Source: Paramecium tetraurelia (taxonomy: Eukaryota). Taken from it: a stretch of DNA of 64,000 nt. The DNA lies in contig CT868307.1 of the NCBI GenBank assembly GCA_000165425.1, forward strand, positions 1 through 64,000, read 5' to 3'. The position numbers and the translations under genes were made by a program. The notes below the pieces were generated by a model. That model ran no database searches, was not told the origin of the DNA, and saw only the letters and a list, made by a program, of their open reading frames with translations. Each line of letters begins with the position of its first letter. Within the stretch, counting starts at the first letter, position 1. Of this stretch, positions 26,645 to 38,400 are shown in pieces.

Positions 26645-27061
26645 CTATTCTTTTTTATGTGTTGTGTATTTAAAGTTATTGTGATTTGAATTTTTGATTG
26701 AATGAATATCAAGTTGTTGGAGTTGTTGGAAGAGCTATCGAATTGGAATCATGATCCCAAAATACAACATTGAGTATTTAGAGACTCTAGAGAGTAGAAG
26801 ACTAAGGATATGGAATGGTGAGAGCAAGAGATGATTAAATTCGATGCCTGATAAATGTAATAGATGTAAATCTGGTGAGAATGAGATCATGGGTAGTTGA
26901 ATTAGCGGTTGAATGATGAAGGAAGATTTGAGAGAGGGGAAGAGGTGAATTTGGTTGTAATTATAATATTTGGGATAAATTATGAAAATCTCAAGAAATG
27001 TATTGGTATTTATGTATGAATTATACGTATATATTTATTTAGGAATTTGATTATTAATTAA

Positions 27062-28421
27062 ATGCAAGAGAAATTAATAGCTGGACTCACATCGAGTTAT
27101 GGCAGTTTGTTGGGTCAATAGTATTTGAAGTGGTTGAAGATGCCTCCTTCTTATTTACGAGTGATGCAATCCATCGATTACAGAAAGGGGATGTATGGCA
27201 GCTTAGCAAATAAAGGCAAATCAATAGATAATGCTTATATCGACGGAGAAGTGTTTCACAAGTGTGGAATTCGTCGGTTGTGACAACAGGAAATCTCAAG
27301 AACTTCAGGTATGTAGTTGCAAATCAATTAGACCATAGCATCACAAATAGCTCACAAAATAAGTGGTGGAAAAGTGGAATAGTAGTATTTGGTCACAGGG
27401 TTGCTCAAAATTATTCTGCAAGTGTTCGTGCATCAGAAGGACCAATCTCTAACTCACTCTCCATTTGCAAATATGATTCAACCTCCTAATACTCCTCTTT
27501 TGTGGCCTCAAACAGTGATTGACTTGATAACCTCTAGGAATTTGGCCTCCTTGATTGAAGGCACTCTTCTCCAATGTTAATCGATGTATAATGAATTGCA
27601 ATTGAGCAAAGTTTACGGTTTGACAGCCCTTGAGTTTTTGAAATTGTTCCAATCAGTCAGAGCATCCTTAATTTGCTTCAATCCACAGTATTACCAATAT
27701 CAATACATTCTAGAAAACCTAAATACTTTGACATGCAATCAGTCTAAATAGTATGTCCAATAGTTTATCAATTTGATCACTCCTTCGACCCAAATTGCTA
27801 CTTGGATGGCTGTTATTTGAGCCATGAAAACATGAGTTTCGTTGATTTCAGTGCCAAAAAGCAAATCGAACCAGGCGACGTAAGATATCCTCCCCTATCT
27901 TAATAGAAATTAACCATCAATTACGGTAATTTGAGCAATCACGATCTACTAATGAGACATGGAATTATTGCGGATGAAAATCCTTACAATGAAATGCCCA
28001 TAGATTTGGATTTCACCACGGCCATTAATTACACTGAATAGCTCTTTGAGTAAAAGCAAAAGTGGTTGAGACAAAGCGAAATCACCAACATTGAAAGATA
28101 GTCCTTGTATGCTAACAAAATTAATGTGCAATTATTACAGTAACATTTATACCTTACTCTCTTAGGTATCTAAGGATTTATTTTCTGACTGAACAAGAAT
28201 TCTCCAAAAATCCACAAATGGAATTCAATTCATTCCAAGAAAAAGTCAGTGAAGAAAATGAGTTGTTGGTCAAATAGTTTATGATTCAAAACATCAAGAA
28301 TATCTTATCCACTTACAAACAAATTTCTAAACCAGTTGGCAAAGAATTGCAGGACCTTTACAAAATTCAAAAGGACGAGATGACCATACTATAAAATAAT
28401 CTAACTTTTTTTAGTAAATGA
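27062..28421 (+). CDS. SET-domain lysine methyltransferase, Rubisco-LSMT/SETD3-like class; contains an apparent +1 frameshift
   Basis: GCMAAQQIKANQQIMLI (SET-N), TPLLWP, CPIVYQFDHSFDPNC, QIEPGDKLTINYGNLSNHDLLMRHG, ENPYNE. Four introns. The ATG frame and the SET frame differ by one base at GGGG 27187-27190. Confidence 0.75.
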
Positions 28422-28467
28422 GTGCAAATGATAAAAAATGTTAAAATTATTTATAATTAACAAATTG

Positions 28468-29112
28468 ATGAGGAAATCTAATAATGAATAGACTCTTCCC
28501 GCTCAAGGAAATGCCATTGATAAACAATTCTACTACAATCTCCTATCTCTCGAGAAGGCCATCATTAAAGAACCACAACTGGATGCTGTACAATAGGCCT
28601 TAGCTATGTATAGGTATATTTTGTTGCATATTCGACAATAGAAAGTGCGTGGAGTACTTTGACAACATATAAGATCCCATCAAATATTATTTTTTGGACA
28701 AGATCCAATAAGCCTTGAGTGAAACCAAAACACTTATGCTCATCATCAATTCCAAATCTGAATTAGAGTCCTCCAAAACCATTAGTCCAGTCAAACGATC
28801 CTCCATGTCTGATCTACCCTCACCTTAATTATCTGATTAATAGGTTATGGATAAGAAACTCAGATCAAAATAAGTCACATTATAAATTAAGTTGCATGAA
28901 GCCTCCGATTAATAATGTAAAGTCTACTCACATACATTCTAGCTGAAATACTCAATACTATGGTCACCGACTTTACAACTAATACAACAAGTACGGATTA
29001 GAAGGTTAGGCAGGATTTAAATTAATAAGCAGACATAATACAAGCCAGATTACTTAAGAGATAGTAAAGCACAAAAATAAAAGGTTGTTCATCGATGCAA
29101 ACCTTGTTTTGA
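28468..29112 (+). CDS. Hypothetical helical/coiled-coil protein
   Basis: Open frame after removing two canonical short introns (about 28614-28641 and 28917-28942). Contains CVEYFDNIQDPIKYYFLDKIQ. Confidence 0.75.
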
Positions 29113-29860
29113 TAAATATATATAAATAATCAATTGTATTTTCAATTAACTTGGTGATATCTAATATAATTAGAATAATCAATATTCACTTCAATTTAGT
29201 TATGAAGAAGAAAAACCTCACTTTTTCAATACACAAAATTTGAATATATAATTTTTAAAATTTATACTATCATACATCTTTTTCAAACATGGATTCGGTG
29301 TGGTTTATGCTACAGTAGAATAAAAAATTTCAATTATGAATTATGTTTGGGTAAAGTAGATATAGTACTGGGATCATAAAACATTATAAATAATTCAAGT
29401 TTAAAATATTTAAGTAATTAAAATGATGGAGTAAATCCCTAACTACTTTTAGTTTCAACAGTAAAATATGAATGATAATATTCCAGTAATATTATGTATG
29501 ATTTGGATGTTCTTCTTTTTTTAATACATTAATGAGAATAATCCATTATAAGTACAAATGATTTTGAGAGTCAATGACTGCTCATGGAAAATACTGCTGG
29601 AATTGATATCAAATGTCTAGAATCATATGTTTTATTTAAAATCTCTTGCTACATCTAGATTTTCATATGATTATGGGTAGACTAACAAGTCAAATTCAGC
29701 TCCAAAGACAACTAGTTATCTCTTTAACAAATTCCTTGAACATACCACTTGCAAATGGTATGAAAAATAATTTTATTTATAAGATCTCTCTGTCTTATTG
29801 ATTTACAACAATAATAATTTTAATAATATTTAAACCCAATATTATAATACCATTCAATAT

Positions 29861-31348
29861 TCAATTACTCTTGATCACCTCTGTGACTGTTTTTATATTT
29901 ATCAAACCAAGGATTCCATAGTATAGGGCAGTCAACACTAATAATTAAAACCCTTCTGTTAAATATTAAAAAAGGAATCCAAGTAAGTAAAGGATCATGA
30001 ATTTCGGCATTATTGCATTCCATTAGATTTTTATGCCTTATTTATTAATGATTAGAAATGACACAAAAATTCTGACTGACATTGATAAGATATTTGAGAT
30101 AATTATGCCTGATGATCCCATTTGAACCAAGATTACTAAAGATAAACTAGAAAGGTAGGTGATATGGAATACCTATATATGATTGTTTAAGCAATAAGCA
30201 AGTATCTGTACCACCACATATCTTTTGTGTCGATTGTAGAATTCACATAGCTTTCAGTGATTCCATTAATGCCCATGATCCAAATGTAAATACAGTAAAG
30301 TTGCATAGCCAAAATACAGGAATCAGAAGTCCATTGGGAACCATAAATCTGTAAGAATGCAGATGCACAGGGAATACCAGCACTTACGATGCTTATTCCA
30401 ACCAAATTCAAGAACTTCAGATATTTTTGCAACAATTAGGTTTATTCTTCTTGATTGATTTTAGGGAACAAATTAAATGCTATTTATTCTATGTTAACAT
30501 AGATAAAGCGAGGGATTATGGAGCCAATGTGACTGACTAAGGTAAACTCTCCTGAGATGATGGGATTGTTGTAAATCACCATGACTATTTTTTCAAGTTC
30601 TTATAATAAAAATTTCATAAAGGCCATTAATGTAAATTGATAACCCACTTATTTCATCTCAGCCACAACATACACTCCTTCTTTATTCAATTACTTAAAT
30701 TTTGATTGATTGGAGAGTGAAAATATATAACCGAATATGAAAATGGAATAGATGACTTGAGCAATTCCAAACCCAATAACAGTTTCAATCTAGAATAATT
30801 CGCGTGTATATTTCCCCAATAGTATGTAGAGCACTATCGTCTTCATAAAAACTGCTAAGCCTTCTGCTTTGGCCACCACGTTCAATTTTAATTAAATGAT
30901 CCATTAAACAGCATAGGGTTCTGAAGCTCCATCAATTACTAAAATTCAAATGGCATCATTACCTGCGGAGATTCCATAGAGAAAGGCTGTTTTGGCAAAT
31001 GCAACACTTTGATTGTAACTCATCACCAAAACAGTGATTGGTGCAATGCAGATTGTGATGAGTAATCCGAAGTACATTAGATTGACAGCCGATTAGGTTT
31101 GTTCTTGATTGGGGTCCTTCAATCTGGAGTAGGTTTATTTCAGGACGATCTTTAAATAGAAGAGAGTGATGTTGGTCAACAAATCCAAATTAGTTGTGAG
31201 TCCTCTTTATATATCAACAAATGGACATACCATAAATGCCTGGTTCTAGGTCTCGGAGGACCAAGATATTTAAAGACAAATCAAATATTCTTGATAATAT
31301 TTTTAAAGCAAATAACCAGGTTAATTGTTTGCCTGCTTTATTAATCAT
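29861..31348 (-). CDS. RFT1: RFT1 lipid-linked oligosaccharide translocation protein
   Basis: KILSRIFDLSLNILVLR, SEPY, AKAEGLAVFMK, MKFLLQELEK, SHIGSIIPRFIY..IE, YCIYIWIMGINGITESYV. Small introns. Confidence 0.88.
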
Positions 31349-31359
31349 TTAATTATTTA

Positions 31360-32327
31360 ATGGAGTACATCCAAAAAATGATAAGACCTTTTACAGATCG
31401 CTCTAATTACTACGTGTCTCAACCCAACTCATTCAAGAGGAAAGAATCAAAACACACCCATGATCCACAATCAGTGTTGCTGTACATCAAGCAGATCTTT
31501 TTCACTCTCCAAACACAATAGGTAAGATTAAGTGTTCTGATCATTTTAGAACGTGAACATGTCGTTTCTAAATCCGAATTATTTTTCAGATATCCAATCT
31601 GATCTCAATCCAGAGATGAGAGCCCAGATGGTATTCCTCCGCATATAACCTTAATAGATAGACGAAGTTCATAAGTTATGCACAGCTCACAAGGCTCAGC
31701 GAAGGACTTTCCATCAAACCATTTATTTGCTCGATGTTTATTTAAGTACAAATAGAATATTTACCGCTCAAATCGATTCGATATATAAGACATGTTATTT
31801 TGTGGCATCCAAATATGAAGAAGTATTTGTCTCTCTCCTAACCTAGATCTACCCAAGCCCATTGTGGAGGTACACCTATGACAGAGACGAAATGCAAGAG
31901 ATCTTTTAGATTGAAAAAGAATTGCTCTCTCTCTTGGATTTTAAGTTGGTTACAGCATCCTCTTACGTGTGGTTAAACTATTATTGGACGATTATCAACA
32001 TAGCAGAGAAGACTTCGAATTGGCTAACCTATTCCTTACTCTTATTGGATGTTGCTGTTTACAATATCAATATCATCAAATACGAACCCTCCAAAATTGC
32101 ATGTGCTTCTCTCTATACCAGTGCCATAATGTTAAACATTTAAATGAATTGGAATAGTTTTGCATCACAATTTGGACTGCATTTCCAACATGAGATTAAA
32201 GTAATCATTCGATTTACTAAATTAGGAAATTTCAAACCTCATCATGATAACATTAAAAGACAGTGTAAATTAAAAAAGAGAAATTGTCAAGCATATGTAA
32301 TTGTAAAAAGAGAAAGAACTTTTTTGA
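31360..32327 (+). CDS. Divergent A/B-type cyclin
   Basis: DPQSVLLYIKQIF, QSDLNPEMRAQMIDEV, TFHQTIYLLDVYL, FVASKYEEIYP, IEKELLSLLDFKL, YEPSKIACASLY. Four introns. Alternative start at ATG 31378. Confidence 0.88.
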
Positions 32328-32484
32328 ACTAACTTGTTTATTACTATATTTTCATTGTTTTTCATTCATTAATTTTCAATAATAGATATCTACACAGACA
32401 TTTTTAACTAAATATACATAATAGATATTTCTATAAATAATCGCTTAAATTGATATTTTGATATCAAACACATGAAAATTTAAT

Positions 32485-35400
32485 TCATTTAAGTGGTGCT
32501 GTTTCATTTCCTTGCGTCAATATGATTTTCTCTATACTAGTGAAGGTGTTTCGATGTTAGGAAATGAAAAGCATTGATCTACTGTCCTTAGCTTTTACTT
32601 GATCTCTTGCTGAGTCTTTAGTTGGAAATCTAATGATTTTAAGTTTCAAATAGTTTTTAATTTTATAAAATCTTTCCAATATCCTTTATTTCTATTGCTT
32701 TCTTAGTTTTAAGATGTTTCTGAGAGATGGACAGATCTTACAAATATTGGGGAATCTCATTAAAATAATTCCTCGAATTGGATCCAGCTATTCATCCAAT
32801 CTCTTGAAGAAAGCAATGAATATCTTTTCAATGAACAAGAGGATCAATTTAAGGATCAAGTAAAGTATCAAAATAATTAAGGAGATTTCCAAATAGTATA
32901 TGTCCAAATTTTGGATTTAGTATAAAAGTAAGGATAATAATATAGTCATTGAAACATAATAGGAAATTGTTTATTCCAGAAGATTAAATTATGACTGCCT
33001 ATACGGTCTAAAAATAGCAATGGATTGATAATAGAGGATAATGATAATATAGATTAGAATGCCTTTGATTAAGATCTACTACTCCAAGAAGTTGATTATC
33101 ACTATGATCAGCAATTTGTAAGCAATCTTAATGAGTTCCCAGTAATATGACTCATCACTGTATTCATTGATCAAATATGATAGCACCTTTCTCGCACTCT
33201 TATTGTATAAGTTCCCTTTATGGTAATATAAGTAATATAGCAGCAACAATGGGATCATTATACCCTGAAAGGCGACTATTGGGATAACAAATTTGAATAA
33301 CCAATTGGCGTGTTCTTCCGTGTCATAATAATAAAAGACAGAGGCTTAGATGTAGTCATACCCTGAAATCTTCCTCTTTGAAATTAAGGAGGTTCCCCTA
33401 AAAGAATCATAAATGGAATTACCAATTTAAAATTGCTTGTTGATTGTAGATGTACAGGTAGATGATGGTAGTAAAGATGAAAGTTTGTGAAAATCTTGAT
33501 ACCTTGGCCATGATCGAAATGCAATAGATAGCTGTGGATAAGGCGAAGTTAAAGAATGGAATCAGGAGCATCAAAATGAAATGACTATAAATGATTGGTG
33601 TGTTGGTGATTTGAGAAGTTGTGCAATCGATTTGATAAGTCACAAAACTAGAGGCTTCTCCCAGAAATTATAAGGTGTTTCTAAGATTGGTGAAGAAGTC
33701 AATCTAAAAGGTACTAATAACCATCAAAATTTAGAAGTAATTGTTACTCATCTTAATCAATATACTGGTCTAATCCAAACTAAAAGTATATAAGGTTTGA
33801 TATTTCAAATAGAGTACTTTTAATTAGGCAAGTTTTTAAAGAGAATTATGAGTACTCTTAACTGTCATAATAATCAAGAAGGAAGACCTAAAAGAATGAA
33901 AATCAAATATACCAAAATGATGAAATCAATAAGAGCATAACCTAGACACTCAAATGACCACAGAAACTGCATTGTGTCTATCCAGAGTTCAGAAAATAGC
34001 CGTCTCCTCTTATGTTATATATGTCACATTCTTCACAAAGTGCTCCTATGCTACCAATAGAACAGGAGAGCTCTCCTGGAAACCACCCTCCCAAACATTT
34101 GGATGGATACTTTTAGCACTTCTCAATTAGATCAGATCTTAAATGGGGTCTCCAATAAAATGGCTATAATTGAAGTATTGCTCCATTGGTTTGGTTGATC
34201 AATTTGATATCAATCCTCTTACATGAAGTACTATTATATGCTACTGAGTAATATCCCGCAGCTGAGTTGCATCTTAGACATGCACCCTCATAAAAATACT
34301 CACCAATTTGGCATTTCAATGTTTCAACTGAAAATCTTAAATGATAATCGTCTGTAATACTGTCGCACTTAATGTCTAGCATAATAGATTTTTGGTCATC
34401 ATATGGATTGTGGACTATTAGCAATTCATTCAAATCGTAGTATTGTTTTGTTGAATTAAACACAATGATCTAATATGAAGCTAATGAATCATCTTAAAAT
34501 GAGGTATTAGCTTATTAGTTGTCATAGGCAATTAGACATTTGGTGTCATCCAAAAACATGATCTCTTCCTTAATGTGATTGTAGGCTTTCAGTTGAATTG
34601 AGTATTATATTGAGCTAAATAGATTGGATGTATAGTTGAAGAATTCATATTACGATAATTTGGATCCAGTTGGGAAATAGAGCTTTTATTTTAAGATGGG
34701 ATAATCAATTACTGTTTAATCTATGATTTATCTAAGGTTGGAGATTTCTTAATTATTAATGATTAATTACAAGAACTTAGGTTACTCAGCCAAATTATCG
34801 CCAAAACTTGTTGCTGAATTCTATGTGAACTAGAGTGTGCTCTAATTCTAAATAAGTGCATTTGATCCTAAAAATATTGCACCTCCTGTTGATGCCTTAT
34901 TCTCGTAAAAGTAGCAATCTTAAATATGGATATCTTTTTGACTCCAATAAAAGATTGCTCCTCCTGAATTATCAGCCTCATTTTGTAGAAACAATGTAGA
35001 CATAACTTGGAGCTGAAGATTGTTAATAAAAATTGATCCTCCATCATTAGCAATATTATTGATAAATTTGCTTTTCTTGATTATGAATACTTAATCATTG
35101 GCACTTGAATTAGACAAGAGATTAAAGCATCCATTTTAGCCACAAAGATTTCTATTGAGAGTCAAACCTTAAAATCGAATTCTTGTAGTTACATCCTTCG
35201 AATCTGTGCTGAAGGATAATATCCCACTTTGACACTTCTAACAAGTTATATTGTAAAAGTTCATATCATCAAACTAAGCCAATACGCAATTCTTCGATAG
35301 GAATAATTACACTATTGCTGTTTGTTGACGGTTGTTCCCATAAATATTGAAATGGGATAAACGGTCAATATGAATATATGTCGGTGTGTCTGAACTTATA

Positions 35401-38400
35401 TCTTATAAAAACAATAAAGTTTAGCCATCAAATAAGGAATTGTACACACTTGCCCTGCTCAATTTAAAGGATTTTGAATATTCAATATGCAATATTGATT
35501 CGTAAAAATACCCTTCGGCATTTAATCTGCTAATGGTTATCTGAGTTCCTTAGATCGTGATTAAACCATATAGACCCTCAGAATTTGTTAAGCCATAGTA
35601 TTCTAAGTAATTTTTATATTGATTCTTCTCATTTCTTATTGTAACATTTCTCAAATTGATGGTAGAGTTGCTTTACTACGAATACATTTAAATGAAGGAT
35701 ATGATAGATTGTTGAGATGAGAATACATTAAAGAATTCAAGATTTCTTAGGTTCATAACATTTTAATATATGGATGGTTTAACATATAAGAATCCGCCTA
35801 TGTAATTAGAACTTGAATTGGTCACATACACATCAATGATATTCAATTGAAGGTAAGAGTATTGTGAATCAATGTATAAGCATCCTCCCATTCCTTAGGC
35901 AAAAGGACGTCTGAATGTTGAAATGTTCTCAAATCTTAATCCAACAATATTGGCAATACCATTGAATTTTGTGATTATGTAGAAGACTCCTCCATAATAC
36001 CCAATTGAGTTATAAAATTAGGAATCCTTAATCGTTAATTCTTGGACTTGCATATAGGCTAGACCACCATATGACATTTACTGGATTTAGGAGAGATCTA
36101 CCTCAATTTTCATAGTTTTAAAGTAAGATTCCAGATTATTTGTCATGTTCGAAAAGCATAATTGGAAGTCTAATGTCTTTGAATTGATTAATATCAATGA
36201 GTCGGTGGCATTTGAGATGAGGCAATTAAGTATTTTCAGATTTTTAATCAATACAGAACTTTAAGGTACGTTAAGAACAATAAGACTAGCAGTACTGATT
36301 TCTGGATCTTGCAATTCTTGGTTCTGCCAAATATTCAGGAACTATGAATCCTAAATTGAGATTGATTACTCAATTGAAGAAACTATTTGAATGATGGAGG
36401 AAGGGAACTTGTATTGTTTCTTTATCATTTGTATATTCATTATTTGGAGATTACTTATTTTCATATAATTTTGTCTGTTATTTACCCCTTCCTATACTGA
36501 AATGAATATTGAATCTTCTGACTTCTGATTCTTGATTATGAAATAATTAATTATCAAAGTGGAAGCACTGATATCAAAGATTTGACTTACAATTTGATCC
36601 ATGTTTGAATCGGCCACAATGTGATTCAACTCTAAGACTTCAAAATTTTCTAGTTGAAATTCAGTAACACCTCTGAATCTAAACATAGTAACATCGCTCA
36701 ATTTAAAGGAAAAGCCCTAACAATAAAACACCTTCTCGTAAGTATTGCTCATCGAATTCGATGCCAGAATACCTCGAATATCAATATTTGAAACAACATA
36801 AAATATGTTCTCGCCGATGATTTCAATCAGGTAGGAAGACTCAAGGTTTACTTCTGAAAAGACCATCTAATTGAAATTCAAGAATATCTAACTAGAACTA
36901 TAGATATTGGATGATATCAAGTTGGAGTACACGAAATGGCAATTTGATATTCTAAATTTTTGAAAAGTGGAATTGGATCTAATTCTTAGACCTGATGAGC
37001 TCTGGAACTTACAATTCTGAAAGGTAACACTGCTGATATCCACCAAATTTGATTAGGGTAGTATGAAAAGGATGGAATTTATAAAGATAGAATTACTGAG
37101 TTAGAGATCCTAAATTTTCAAATTCCCTTTAAAGTAATAATCACTAAAGTGCAATATTGATCCATTATTGAATGTACAATTCTTAATATTAAAAGTGGTT
37201 ATTTAAATATTCTAATATAGAAGATTTTGAGTGAGTGCTAGAAAGTCCGTATTAAAAAAGGAACAATTAAAAAATGTTAGGTTTTAAATGACTATCTGAT
37301 CTAGATCGACATAGTTGGAATTTATTAAATTAAGAAAAGTGGTATTGAGCATACTCATATTCGAGATCATCACATTGATTATTGAAATTATTTAAGGATT
37401 CTGTACTTGGATTTGATATGCTCTTCCAAATTGATTGTCATTGGGTGCAACCAAATTTATATCATATGTTAAATCTGGTTTCGAATAAGAGTCCATAATA
37501 GTCACATTCATTAAATATAATTGGAAGGAATCTATGTTGACAGTCTGTATCAATGAGTCACGGTAGATAGAAAAGTTGAGTTGTAAGTTTTGAATGATCA
37601 TTTTCTGCATATTTTAAAATTGGACCTACCCAAAAGTAAGTGAGTAGTACTTATTTACGTTAAGTCCATTAAATACGATCTCAGTTGTTTGTAATGTGAT
37701 CACTTGATATACATATTGATTAGACAGGATATCTATTTGATGGAAGGATAGACTAAAGGTGATGTGTTAGGAAACATTTAATTGGAATGTGAGAATGCTG
37801 ACCCCTTTTAAGATCATAAATTCAGTTTGAGTATCATATATAACGGATAGATAATCTCTTAAGCTAGCTAAGTTGGTAGTTATCTAAACGATATGGAAAA
37901 TACTATACTAACGATATCTGGGTTTGACATTTAGGAATGGTTGAATTGCATTGTCGAACATGGCCGTAATAATTATCAATAAAAAGAGATGCCCTATTTG
38001 ATTTCTGGAGACACTGATATCCCTGGTAGATTCTACTGGAATTGAAATAGGGGTTCAATAAATTGATGGGTTGTGTTCTAATTTAACAATATTCACAGTA
38101 AAATGGGCATTCTTGACATGCCATATTCATAACAGTCAATCGTTTTGTGCCGTATTAATCCGAATTGCATGAGACGCATTAATCACTAAATAAAGTACAA
38201 TAAGTAGTATTAACCAAAATGCATTCATTGGCGATTACTGAATAGCCATCAGCACAGGAAAGTGGATACAACCTCTCAATTGCACTGTCTTTTAACATGT
38301 TGATTGGATATATCCCTGAGAGTTAGAATGTGAATCCTAGGATTTAATTGTAAATTGTATCCTTCTAAGCAACATAAGAAGTTGAGCATTCCGTATAGAC

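Noticed and set aside
26700..26965. Purine-rich tract with an open minus frame
   Set aside because: No ATG (a TGA lies upstream) and no recognisable family; at most a remnant.
27161..27187. GTGATG...CAG/AAG as an intron explaining the SET frameshift
   Set aside because: Lengths of 23 or 27 nt do not put the SET-N motif in frame.
29423..29875. ~150-codon plus-strand open frame
   Set aside because: No motif, overlaps the RFT1 3' end, and long open frames arise easily when TGA is the only stop.
6583..31348. Functional cluster of glycosylation/GPI genes (PIG-O, RFT1) with GPI-anchored antigens
   Set aside because: The genes are far apart and interspersed with unrelated functions; no evidence for operon-like organisation.
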